Assembly: GCA_964016885.1 (NCBI GenBank)
Contig: OZ024755.1
Span: 11,346,001-11,410,000, forward strand
DNA: 64,000 nt
Direction of reading: 5' to 3'
Origin: Eledone cirrhosa
Lineage: Eukaryota
Positions 39,571 to 51,300 of the stretch are shown here, one piece after another (positions within the stretch are counted from its first letter, which is position 1; every line of letters starts with the position of its first letter). The position numbers were made by a program, and so were the translations under genes. The notes beneath the pieces are model-generated. The model was not told the origin of the DNA. It did no database searches and saw only the letters and a program-made list of their open reading frames with translations.

Positions 39571-42307
39571 ATATATATATATAGAGAGAATGAAGCGCCC
39601 TGGATATATATTTAGTCAATATATAAAACGGAACGCGGGCCTCAGGTATTACTGTATAACGAGATCTAGTTAGCCCTTGTTAAAATCCGGTACTTTTCCT
39701 AGCATGTCTACAAATCCACAGACGTTGGGATATATTAGTCTGGTCGGCGTTGTTGGCAGGATTTTAACTGAGAGACATTGGTACTTTAGCAAAAGAAGAA
39801 TAGGCAAATTTGTTGTCGGTGGAATTTGAACTAAGATCGCAGCGAGCCGGGACAAATACCGATGGAATTTTAATCTGACGCCTTCAAAGGTTCTCCCAAT
39901 TCGCCGTATGTTAAAAGAGGAATTCTTAAATTCTTGAGACAGACATTTAATTTAGATATCATTATATTTTCTCGAAGTATTGTGAGATATGTGGTTGGAA
40001 ATGTTTAAGGAAATCCAGTACAATGCCTGTTAGAAATACAAGAGTGAAAACTAGAGTAAAGTAAGACAAAACAAAACAGTTTATACTTTTAACTTATATT
40101 GCATGATAGTTCGTGTTTATAAAACCTTTAAAAAAAAGAAAAGAATGGGGTATGATGGTGATGATAAGCGACGCTTTTTCTGCTTATCTTTTGAAAAGGT
40201 AATACAGCCCCGAAATATTTGAAATAAATATAAGGTAAAATAAGTACATTTGTTTTGTTTGTCTTACTTTACCCTTACTCTAGTTTTCATACGTAAATTT
40301 TTCTATCTTGCACTATAGCAGCTTTGCCCCCAGACAATCCTAATCATAGTTATTATTTTCCTTATGCATGAAGAGAAATGACATATTTTAAAGTTATTTC
40401 CGGTTTTTATTTTTTATTTTTAAAATGCATTTTATCAACGCAAGGAAACGGAATAATAACAACAACAAACTAAATCTCATCTCATCAGAATTTCATCTTG
40501 GGGTCAGGATTAACCGACTTGAATACCCTAAAGCATATCTAGTCTGCTTTTTTAATATTTGCACTAGATATATCTCGTTTATACAGACATAAATGAATAT
40601 GCATTTTCATTATAAAATAAAGTTCCATTTGCGTATGTATGTACGTATGCACGTATGTATGTACGTATGCGCGTATATACGTATGGATTTATGTGTGTAT
40701 GTGAAAGAAGCGAATTTATTCATGCAAAAGAAATAATTTTTGCTGATATTTCAGTTATGTATTTATATCTTTCGCCTCTTCTGCCACCCTGTCGGCACCC
40801 AAATGCATTCTGCCAACCAAAAGAATTTATCTCAAAGCTAGGCTGTATAGCAATAGCTTCCGTTTGAAAGCCTTATCTTCGTACAATGTAACGTAGCGGA
40901 AACAATGCGCCAACACTATCAACTCTGTGTAATGTACAACAGAATCACTTCGTTGAAGTTCAGTGCAAAGGATTAACATGGATTTGTCATTCCTAGACGC
41001 AACACACACATATACACATATTACATACTTACATACTGCAAGCACATTCTCTGTCAGTGTTGTGTGGTTAAAGAGCTTTTCTTCACAACCTCATTATATC
41101 AGGTTCAAGTACCACTGCATGTTCAGAGGATAAGAACATTGTTATTATAGTGAATTAGTTAGTTACCTACTTTTACATTTTAAGTACAAATTCCTCCGAA
41201 GATAATTCCGCCCCCTCCCTATCCCACTCCATCCGCCAGGGTCCAACAAAATACACTTAGGACCAGTTAAGTCCCTAGTCGATACAACTAACGACATTTC
41301 TCTGCAAAATGTCTTTTCCTCATTCAGAAGTGAGTCGAGAGACCAAACTTTTGTGGACGGGACTATTTTTATTCTTTAATTAAAACCATTAATATGTGAC
41401 TGGTACTTAATTTATTGCCTCAGGAAGATGAAATACAAAATAAATCATGGTGAGATTCGAACGTAAATATCCATCACTAAATACTGCGACGTGATCTTCC
41501 CGACACTCTAATGATTCTACACATCTATCGCAGATAAATAATAATACAAAACCAATAATTGCATAGAAATACAAAAGTACGAAAATATCCTTCTAATCCA
41601 AATATAATCCATCTAATCCAAATATAATACTTTCGAACAGCATCTTTTATATATCGTATTTTATTTAAATTGAAATTCAGGGAGAGAAAAAAGCGGAGAA
41701 CATTGGCTAAAGGAAAACAACTGAAAGCACGTTCAATAATATCGCTAATGGGATTTATAGAAAAGCCATATAATTTTAACAAATACGACAGATAACTCCA
41801 TCACTTTTATCAATTCTCTTCAGATGTAATAATCAGAGAAATAAACTGTCATACGGTAATTAAATCCAATGAAGATTTACTCTCGAGAAAAGCTATCAGT
41901 GAGAGTTCAATGGTGTGCTTACTGTTAAAAGGACCATCGCAGTTGGGACTGGAAAGGGGTATGGTTTGCTATCTGTTTAGAATGAATCATGGAAGGTTTT
42001 CATTATAAGCAATATAATTACTGATATAAACTATTACACCGAAAGTGTTGCTATTGTTGTTGTTGCTGTCAGATCTAATCGAGAAGATGTACTTAATCGG
42101 CCGAACACACACATATATATATATATATATAATATCAAGTGGTTCAGTAGTTCTGTGGTTTACTGAGGAACGTACTAAGTTCTGTGGTTTACTGAGGAAC
42201 GTACTATGGCAGAGAATATATATTCTCTGAATATATATATGGCAGAGAATATATATGGCAGAGAATATATATAAGAAACAAATCGAGGTTTCATACGAAG
42301 GTGTTTA

Positions 42308-42407
42308 TTGATTAAGCACAGTTACAACTGTTTCGCAGATTGGTTGCTCAGGATCCATGTTATAGACCCGGCCCCAGACCAATGTGCTCATCAGATTTGT
42401 TAATCAA
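42308..42407 (-). ncRNA. Type I hammerhead ribozyme motif (CUGAUGA, GUA site)
   Basis: Minus strand: TTGATTAACAAAT CTGATGA(42394-42388) GCACATTGGT..ACCAATCTGC GAAA(42334-42331) CAGTT GTA(42325-42323) ACTGTGCTTAATCAA, running into AATAAA; proximal stem I imperfect. Confidence 0.72.
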
Positions 42408-42466
42408 GCAAAACCAAAATCCCATCTGATGGCATCCCGTCCCAAACGACCCCACCTCCACACTAT

Positions 42467-42517
<51 letters not shown>

Positions 42518-42555
42518 AATAATAATCAATGCGAAGACTAAAATCCAAAGTGAGC

Positions 42556-42593
<38 letters not shown>

Positions 42594-42665
42594 TAGTGGT
42601 AGAACACTGGAAGGTAATATCCGTAGTGGTAAACCACTCAGTCCATGGGACGAGTTAGGTAGAAG

Positions 42666-42779
42666 TGGTTACACAACAGTTAGTTCATTAGCGGATCTCC
42701 ACCTCGTAATTTACGAGCTGGGGATCCGCTAAGGTGAAACAATTGTTCTCGGTATGGTGAACTAAATGTTGTATAACCA
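42666..42779 (+). ncRNA. Hammerhead relic lacking the CUGANGA half
   Basis: Outer stem TGGTTACACAACAGTTAGTTCA/TGAACTAAATGTTGTATAACCA; inner hairpin TTAGCGGATCTCCA..TGGGGATCCGCTAA; then GAAACAATTGTT. Confidence 0.45.
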
Positions 42780-43464
42780 TTTATATATATACACACAATG
42801 TACAGCTGGGGTTCAAATCTGGGGTTCAAATCTTCACAGCGGCCGTTGGCAACTTCTTTTACTCTCTTTTAAGTGTCTTCACCCTATTTTATAAGCTATC
42901 TCTATAGCAATTCTGCGCTTGAATTCTTTCTTTATACTTATACATATTTATTATATATATATATATATATACACGCATTACTTGCTCGGGTTCACTCATG
43001 GGTCTCCTTCCGGTTGGTTTTGTTCGGAAATTCTGTTCAACGATCTTTACCGGAGAAATTGTAACCACATAATTGTAGTATGGTTTTTTTTCCCTTTAAA
43101 TTCTAAAAAAAACGATACATAATTTATCAAATTCAAATTCGAAAAAAATAATAGTAAAGTGTTGAAGATGGCGACGGTGAAGAGAGAGCACAGTGAATTG
43201 GTACAAATAGCACAAAGTATTACATCCCAAACTAACATCTTTGCCAATTCGCCGCCTTATACTGTAAGATTTACTACAAAAGTTAACCTAATCATTTAAC
43301 CATAAGAACACAGAGAAAATAACAAAAACAATAACCAAAAATAACAACAACAGCAACAACAGCACTAAGATGTAGTGATTGTTATTGTTTGTATAAATAA
43401 TGCTTCTGGCAGAGCTGAAAATGGTTGTAGAATATTCTACCATATGCTTTCAAATGTAATAATA

Positions 43465-43504
43465 CAAACACACACACACCCACACACACACACAGGTGTA
43501 TACA

Positions 43505-43559
<55 letters not shown>

Positions 43560-44645
43560 TCACACACACACACACACGGGTGCATACAGGCATATATATA
43601 TATATATATATATATATACTCACACACACACACACACACACAGGTGCATACAGGCATATATATATATATATATATACTCACACACATACAGGTGCATACA
43701 GGCATATATATATACACATTTAAACACACAGTCGCACACAAACAGATACACAGGTTCATAGACAAATACATACTCTCAGACAGACACACACACACATATA
43801 GACAGTCACGCACACACACAAGCACCACCACACACACACAAGCACCACTACCACACACACAAGCACCACTACCACACACACAAGCACCACCACACACACA
43901 CAAGCACCACCACACACACACAAGCACCACCACACACACACACACAAGCACCACTACACACACACAAGCACCACCACACACACACAAGCACCACTACCAC
44001 ACACACATACACAGATAGAAATACGCGTATATAAGAAATATGCCTGCGTGAGAATCCGGAAGTAAATATAACAGCTGTCATGCATTATTATTAGAGTAGT
44101 AGTAGTAGCAACAGTAGCAACAGTAGCAACAGTAGTAGTAGTAGTAGTAGCAACAGTAGTAGTAGTTTATTTGGTGGTATTGGTTTTGTTGTGCGTGATG
44201 GAGGTGGTGGTACATGTGGTAGTAGTGAAGATGGTGCTCGTAATTATGGTATGGCAGTGTAGTAGTAGTAGTAGTAGTGGTAGAACTAGTGGCAGTAGTA
44301 ATAGTAGTAGTGGTAGGACTAGTGGCAGTAGTAGTAGCAGTAGTGGCAGTAGTAGTAGTAGTAGTAGTGGCAGTAGTAGTAGTGGTAGTAGTAGTAGTAT
44401 TAGTAGTAGTAGTGGTAGTGGTAGTGGCAGTAGTAGTAGTTTGTGTAGTGGTAGTAGTAGTAGTGGCAGTAGTAGTAGTAGTTTGTGTAGTGGTAGTAGC
44501 AGTCTTAGCTGTCATGATGGAATAGTAGTGTGGTGATTAGTGAGCTTATTAACTGGCTCAGTAATAGTAGTATTAGTAGCAGCAGCAGTAGTAGTAGTAA
44601 TAGTAGTATTAGCAGCAGCAGTAGTAGTAGTAGTAGTAGTAGTAG
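43465..44645. repeat. Compound CA/TA minisatellites and (TAG)n-rich tracts
   Basis: Seen directly; explains the Thr/Ser/Val-rich ORFs here. Confidence 0.9.
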
Positions 44646-44777
44646 ATGTTGTTTATTTCTAATTTCGGCACAAGTTCAGTAATTTATTCTTTAAGTAATG
44701 GTGTGTGTGTGTTTGTGTGGTGGAGTTCTTGACTACCACCTTACTGTATCAACCCCTGTTAGACACTGACATTGCTG

Positions 44778-44813
<36 letters not shown>

Positions 44814-45499
44814 GCAGCATCATCAGCATCAGCATCTGCAGTATCAATAGTAGTAATAGCAGGCGTCTCTAATCTAAGTTCAATGGCAGAGTGGTTTTAA
44901 CTCCAATAGAAGAGAGATTTAAAACATATGGAAAGGCCTTGAACCGAACATAAGATGTAAATCTACCCCAGGAAAGATTGGCAGAGGCGCAATTTCGGGT
45001 TCATTCGTTATATGGTGACACAATGAAACACTGTGATATATTTTTTTTATTGCAGCTATGATGGGATAACGCTTTGAAATCGATCATATCAAACCCAGTA
45101 CTTATTATCATCGATTTATTTTTGTCGAACCACTAGCTAACGGTTCATAACCCCCACCATAAACACACACCCATAAGTTATCCCCTTGTCTCTCTTCCTT
45201 TTTCTTCTTGTCTTTCCTAAATATCTACTCCTCATTCTACTCCTATGTTCCCGCGAAAGACTAGCGTCTGAAACGTTAAGTCTTTTTCCAAATATATCAA
45301 GCGTTAACTTACAACATCATCCCTCCTTGCATTGTATTTTTCTTGTGTTGTTTTTCCTTGATGACGTTCATCGTGTGTGTGTGTGTGTGCGCGTGTGCGT
45401 GTGCGTGTGCGTGTGCGTGTGCGTGTGTGTGTGTGTGTGTCGAGTGATGCATGGGAAAGAAAAGGTGTGTTGTGGTGGTGGTGGTTCGAGTGTTTGGTT

Positions 45500-45870
45500 T
45501 GGCCGCCCTATGTGATAGTCAAATTGGTCACCCCTTCCTTATCCCTTCTGATACTAAGCCACCCTCAAAATCGCCCCGGGTTCTATATGACAAAACCAGT
45601 ATTTTAAAGGGTTCATATAAAAACCTTCCAATATAATAATTATTTGTAAGATCTGGTTGTTAAATTATATTACAAATACTATCTTAATGAGGTAATTAAG
45701 AATTTTATTAAGTCCTTCCAAATATTTCATTAATTAATCCAAATAGAGTGTATTTAATTAAAAATACGGTAACAAGAAGATTAAAAGTAACATTACATTC
45801 GACAACAGCAAAAAACTCGTATTTTAAGTGGCCGCCCTACACGTGCCGGCACCCCCAGCAGGCGCCACTG
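45500..45870 (-). mobile_element. Possible hAT-type terminal fragment
   Basis: Ends in GGCGCCACTG (CAGTGGCG on the minus strand) with TGGCCGCCCTA repeated at about 45500 and 45829. Confidence 0.35.
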
Positions 45871-45889
45871 ACTATAACTACTTAGGAAA

Positions 45890-46610
45890 CTAATGATGGT
45901 TTCTGATTTAGGGGGAGGGGGTGATTAAATCGACCTCGGTGCATTACTGGTACTTTATTTTATCGATCTCGGCGCGATTTGAACTCAAAACGTAACTATG
46001 CCATAAAAGAAGTAGTCTGACGCTCTACCGATACTTCCAATTCACTGCCCCCACCTGGGAAATAAATAATGATTTCTACTACAGTCATAATACCAATCAT
46101 TTTTGTGGGGAGAGGAAAGTCGAGTAAATCGACTCCAGTGCATTACTGTTGCTTTATTTATTGACCATGTAATGATAAAAGGTAATGCTAACATTGGAAC
46201 GTAAAATACCGTAATGCATACTGTCCGACGCTCTAACGATCCTGACAAAATAATTGTTTCTACATTTGGCACAAGGCCAGCAATTATCCCTGTGCATTAC
46301 TGGTACTTTATTTTATCGACCCCGAAAGGATGAAAGGCAAAGTTAACCTGGGCGGGATTTGAACTCAGACTAGAAAGGGACATATCTCTCTGCTGGAAAG
46401 CATGGTGTCCGAGACTCTGCCAATCCTGCCAACATAATTAATTGTTTCTACATTTGGCACAAGGCCAGCAAATACCCAGGCACAAGGCCAGCAAATACCC
46501 AGTGCATTACTAATACTTTATTTTATCGATCCCGTAAGGATGAAAGGCAAAGTTGACCTCGGCAGGATAATGCAAAGTATTTTGACCGACACTTTAAGAC
46601 TCTGCCAATG
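45890..46610 (-). mobile_element. Head-to-tail pile of four family A SINE copies
   Basis: Cores near 45945, 46140, 46295 and 46505, all on the minus strand. Confidence 0.82.
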
Positions 46611-46659
46611 CAGATTATGATGATATGATAATTGTAGAAGAGATTTGGGGAGTGATAGT

Positions 46660-47460
46660 ATTAGTAGTGGTGATGGTTGTGGTAGTAGTGGTGATAGTGG
46701 TGATGGTTGTGGTGATAGTGGTGATGGTTGTGGTAGTAGTGGTGATAGTGGTGATGGTTGTGGTGATGGTTATGGTGGTTGTGGTGATGGTTGTGGTGAT
46801 AGTGGTGATGGTTGTGGTGATAGTGGTGATGGTTGTGGTGATGGTTGTGGTGATAGTGGTGATGGTTGTGGTGATAGTGGTGATGGTTGTGGTGATGGTT
46901 GTGGTGATAGTGGTGATGGTTGTGGTGATAGTGGTAATGGTAGTGGTGATAGTGGTGATGGTGGTGATAGTTGTGATGAAGATGACGCTGGAAATCATGA
47001 TTGATGGTTATATTACAGAGGTTAGTTGTAGTGGTGGTGGTTGAGGGCACTGTTGTGGTGGCGGCGTGTGTGGTGATGGAGGTTACTGTAGTAGTGGCGG
47101 CGTTTGTGTGTTGGTGTTTGGGTGGTAGTGTTGGTGTTGGTGTGTGGGTGGTAGTGTTGGTGTTTGTGATGGCGGTGGTAATGTTGGTGAGGGCAGTAGC
47201 CGTGGTAGTTATGACAGTAACAATGATAATAGTGGCGGTAGTAGTGGTGGTGGGGATACTAGTGGTGGTGGTGGTGGGATAGTGGTGGTGGTGGTGGCAG
47301 GGGTAACAGCGGCAGTGGTAGTTGTGGTGAGGTATAACGTGGATAGTATTAGTAGTAGTAGTACTGGTGGCGGTGGTGGTGGTTGTGATGGGGGAATGTT
47401 GTGATAATGTTGATGGTAGTTGTAGTGGTGATGGTGGTGATGGTGGTGATGATACTGGTG
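46660..47460. repeat. (GGT/GAT/AGT) trinucleotide-based minisatellite and low-complexity block
   Basis: GGTGATAGTGGTGATGGTTGT 21-bp units at 46660-46970. Confidence 0.9.
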
Positions 47461-47988
47461 AGGGCGTGGTGCTGTTCAGAATATATAAGTGGTAGTAGTG
47501 GTTGCCCTTCGGTGAAAGTTATATAAGGTGGGTAGGGATGTTGGGTGGGGGGGGGGGTGATGGAGGGGGCTGGTTGGAAGGAGAGGGAAGTGAAGATTAC
47601 AAGGAAGTGATAATCTGGTAGTAAATGGTCGTCTCTGGTATTTCCGGGGTGAGGGAGGGAGACAGTGTCTGTGAGTGTTTGAGAGAGGGGGGTTGTGTAT
47701 GTGTGAGTGATTGGGTGTATGTGCGTGTGTTTGAGAGAGTGAGCGAGAGGGAGGGGGTGAGAGTGTGTGTGGGTGTTTGAGTGATTGAGAGAACGTATGT
47801 GAAAAAGAGAGTGTATGTGTATGTGAAATAGAGAGTGTGCGTTTGAGAGAAAAAGAGAGTGTGAGTGTCTGTGTTTCAGAGAGAGAGAGAGAGAGAGGGA
47901 GTGAGTGTGTGTGTTTCAGGGAGAGAGAGAGTGAGTGAGGAGAGAGAGAGTGAGGAGAGAGTGAGTGTGTGCATGTGGGTTTGTGTTT

Positions 47989-48029
<41 letters not shown>

Positions 48030-48081
48030 TGTGTGTCTGGGAGTGTGTGTGTGAGATATAGAGGGAACAAACGGAGAGGGT

Positions 48082-48205
48082 AAAAAAGAGAGATAGAAAG
48101 GGAGAGAGGGAAGGATCGAGGGAAAAAAAGAGACATAGAAAGGGAGAGAGGGAAGGATCGAGGGAAAAAAAGAGACATAGAAAGGGAGAGAGGGAAGGAT
48201 CGAGA
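48082..48205. repeat. 42-bp triple tandem repeat
   Basis: TAGAAAGGGAGAGAGGGAAGGATCGAG near 48094, 48136 and 48178. Confidence 0.9.
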
Positions 48206-48221
48206 GAAAAAAATTCACGCA

Positions 48222-48412
48222 AATAATTGTTTCTACTTTTGGCACCAGGCCAGCAATTATCCCAGTTCATTACTGGTACTTTATTTTATCGACCCCGTAA
48301 GGATGAAAGGCAAAGTCAACCTCGGCGGGATTTGAACTCAGATCGTAAAGGGACGTAACTATGCTGGAAAGCATGGCGTCCGACCCTCTACCGATACTGC
48401 CAATCCACCGCC
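48222..48412 (-). mobile_element. Full-length family A SINE with 12-bp TSD
   Basis: CACGCAAATAAT at 48216-48227 and 48417-48428; A-box TGGCAGTATCGG and B-box on the minus strand. Confidence 0.92.
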
Positions 48413-48744
48413 AATCCACGCAAATAATGTAAGAATAAAAGAAAAAAAAATGATGATTATTTGAGGCAAAGAAACTGTTAAAGTGTTTAAAAGAGAAAGT
48501 AGGAGAATAAAAGATTTAAAAAAAAAACGAACACGAATACGTGGATACAGAGATGGAGTAATAATAGAGAAAGAAAACGAAAGAAAAAAGATGGATAGAC
48601 AGAGAGGGAGGAGAAGGTGTGAGAGAGAGGTGGGTTATGGAGGTGTAGTTTTAACAATATCGAGTTTAGTTAGACACAGGGGGAAATGGAGTGTGCGTTA
48701 CAGTCTGTGTGATATGTGCGTATGTATGTGCAGTTTTTTTTCAT

Positions 48745-48800
48745 TACCTCCAAACCTCTATATATTTGTTCATGCGTTTGTTTGTTTAAGCTCATTCATA

Positions 48801-48850
<50 letters not shown>

Positions 48851-48912
48851 CATATATATGAATGAGCTTAAACAAACAAACGCATGAATAAATATATAGA
48901 GGTTTGGAGGTA
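48745..48912. repeat. Near-perfect palindrome centred on (TA)n
   Basis: TACCTCCAAACCTCTATATATTTGTTCATGCGTTTGTTTGTTTAAGCTCATTCATAT mirrored with one mismatch. Confidence 0.93.
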
Positions 48913-49782
48913 TATATATATATATATATACCACAGACTGAACTAAAACAATACTATAAAGGTGTTTTACTCTAAAACTAGAGGAAGTAAAGAGACCAAA
49001 CTATATTTTAGTTACGTCGTTAGTTAATAAATAAATGAATTCGACTGACCACAAAGACAGTTAAATTCACATCAGAAACTGTTTTCGCAATAATTCATAT
49101 TTATTTATCTCGGGTTCTTTTAACTTCCTGTAATGGTTTAGTAGAAAATACATAAAAACAGTGGACGTATCATGGTGTAAATTCCAGTGTTGAGATAAAT
49201 ACAGTGCGTTTTAATGTGATGCAATCACAGTGTTCTTTTCTACTTTTCTCAAGAATGCCTTGCTAAAGTGGTTTCATGTGATTTATTAATTCAAATGTTT
49301 ATCTTTCCTCATGGACAGATCATTGTCAAAGTTTGCAGTCATTGTGCTGTTTGGTACTTTTCAAGAATGTTTTGCTAATGTAGTTCCATGCAGTACAAGA
49401 CGTTAAGGCAGCGAATTAGTAAAGTCGTTTAAGTATTGGATTTAATGGTTTTCCTATTAGTTCCTTCGATCTAAGTTAAAATGTTAAGAAGTCACTGTTA
49501 AGAAGCCAGTCGAAATGTTTCTTTGAGGATCTCTTCCACATGTAACCATAACGACATTCTCAGGCCAAATTAGTGTGACAGTATGTGACAACACTGACCC
49601 TATCATTTACAAGTACGATCCATCTGACTGGCTTCCACACAATTTCCCTCTACCTAATTTCACTTATATGCTCTGGGCCGAACCAAAACTAAGGGAAAAC
49701 ATTATGTTATCTACATAAATTGATGCGGAAGCACAAAAGCGCCAAATTCAACCGACAAATAATGATTTATTATTATTATTTT

Positions 49783-49899
49783 GGAGTTCAATTCCCGCCG
49801 AGGTTAACCTTGCCTTTCATCCTTACGGGGTCGATAAAATAAAGTACCAGTAATGCGCTGGTTAATTGTTGGCCTTGTGCCAAAAGTAGAAACAATTAT
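49783..49899 (+). mobile_element. SINE family A, 5'-truncated
   Basis: Core and tail present; follows an (ATT)n run. Confidence 0.85.
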
Positions 49900-49982
49900 T
49901 TTATTTGTTTAATCCAAGTGATAAACAATGTTTTATTACGACTGAACATTATACTTTGATAATATATTCCATACAGTAACGA

Positions 49983-50013
<31 letters not shown>

Positions 50014-50411
50014 GTGTGTGTGTGTGTGGGGGGGGGGGGGCGATCCTAGAAATAAACGTTTCTTCCCGTATAACATCCTGTTTACACATGTGTCACACCA
50101 CACGCCTGATGTCCGTTCAAGCAAGCTAAATAGATGTCTGTTGCAGCAACAAGCTAAAGCTACATTTAGAAGGGAGCTGTTAATATAGCTGATGCGTTGG
50201 TTCCTTCCTGTTTGCTTTTGTTGGTTTCTACGATTGCTTCACCACGATATGTCTTGGAGAAATTAAGAAATCACTAAAACATTTCCACTAAATCTGTAAT
50301 TTTATCATTAACAAAAATAAAGATATAAATAGGTAAATAAATAAATACATATATGAATGTAAAAAATAAAATAAAATAAAATAAAAATATAAAAGTGATA
50401 ATATCTGCAAG

Positions 50412-51300
50412 TGTGGTTGTGTGGTTAGGGAATTTAATTTGCGACCTCGTAGTTTCAGGTTCAATCCAGCTACATCTTGACGAAAGTAACAAACATGTCC
50501 ACTAAACAATTGGTAGTTTGATGATGAGAAAATATATATATATAAGACAGAGGTGATAGATAAAGGACTGAACGTGTGGTTAAGGAATTTGATTCGCAAC
50601 CACATGCCTTCTGATATAGGTCAGTCCAACAGCGAAGCACCCTGTGCGGGTATCTTCTACTAGCACCTACGATTGACTAATATTTTGTGAGTGGAATTTG
50701 GTACACAGAAACTCTGTGGAAACTGTTATGTATATGTGTATTTATGATTAGTTGTTTAGGAGTGCAATTAATACAGATAGATGAAATAAATGCCAGATTT
50801 GAAAAAAATCTATTTAAGGCGGTGCTCCGACATGAATGCGCTTGAAACATGTAAAAAATAATAAAAAATAAGGAGATAGAATAAATAGATATTTTGCTAG
50901 TAGATAAGTTGTTTAAAGTTCGTATCATCATCTACATAGCACCCTCTGTGTATGGAGTTCGGCCGAATGGTTAAGAAGATCAGTTAGGAATCATAAGGTT
51001 CTAGGTTCGATCTCACTGCGTGGTAGCTCAGGCAAGTGTCATTTACGATAGCCTCACATTGATCAAAGTATTGGGAGGAAAAAAAAAACAGGGTTAAGTG
51101 GAACTCTTTAGACGTCTGTCGGATTGACTCTGGATATTTCACACGCAGTGTGTTATGCTAAATCACCACGTGAATTACATTAAGCGTTAAGGCTACATGT
51201 GTCTAAGGAATGCTCAGCCACTTGCACGTTAATTTCACGAGCCGGCTGTCCCGTTGATTGAACAACTGGAACAATCATCGTCGAAAACGACAGAGGTCAG
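50412..51300. mobile_element. Cluster of diverged tRNA-derived SINE fragments (family B group)
   Basis: GTGTGGTTAAG..GGTTC..CACTGCGTGG..GGCAAGTGTC..GTGAGTGGAATTTGGTA motifs. Confidence 0.6.

Noticed and set aside
40395-40500. Minus-strand CTGATGA near 40488
   Set aside because: No stem II pairing with sequence before any downstream GAAA.
45248-45290. AGAC-TAGC-GTCT GAAACGTTAAGTC hammerhead-like 3' half
   Set aside because: 5' core reads CCGCGAA (two changes) and stem I is absent; at most a decayed relic.
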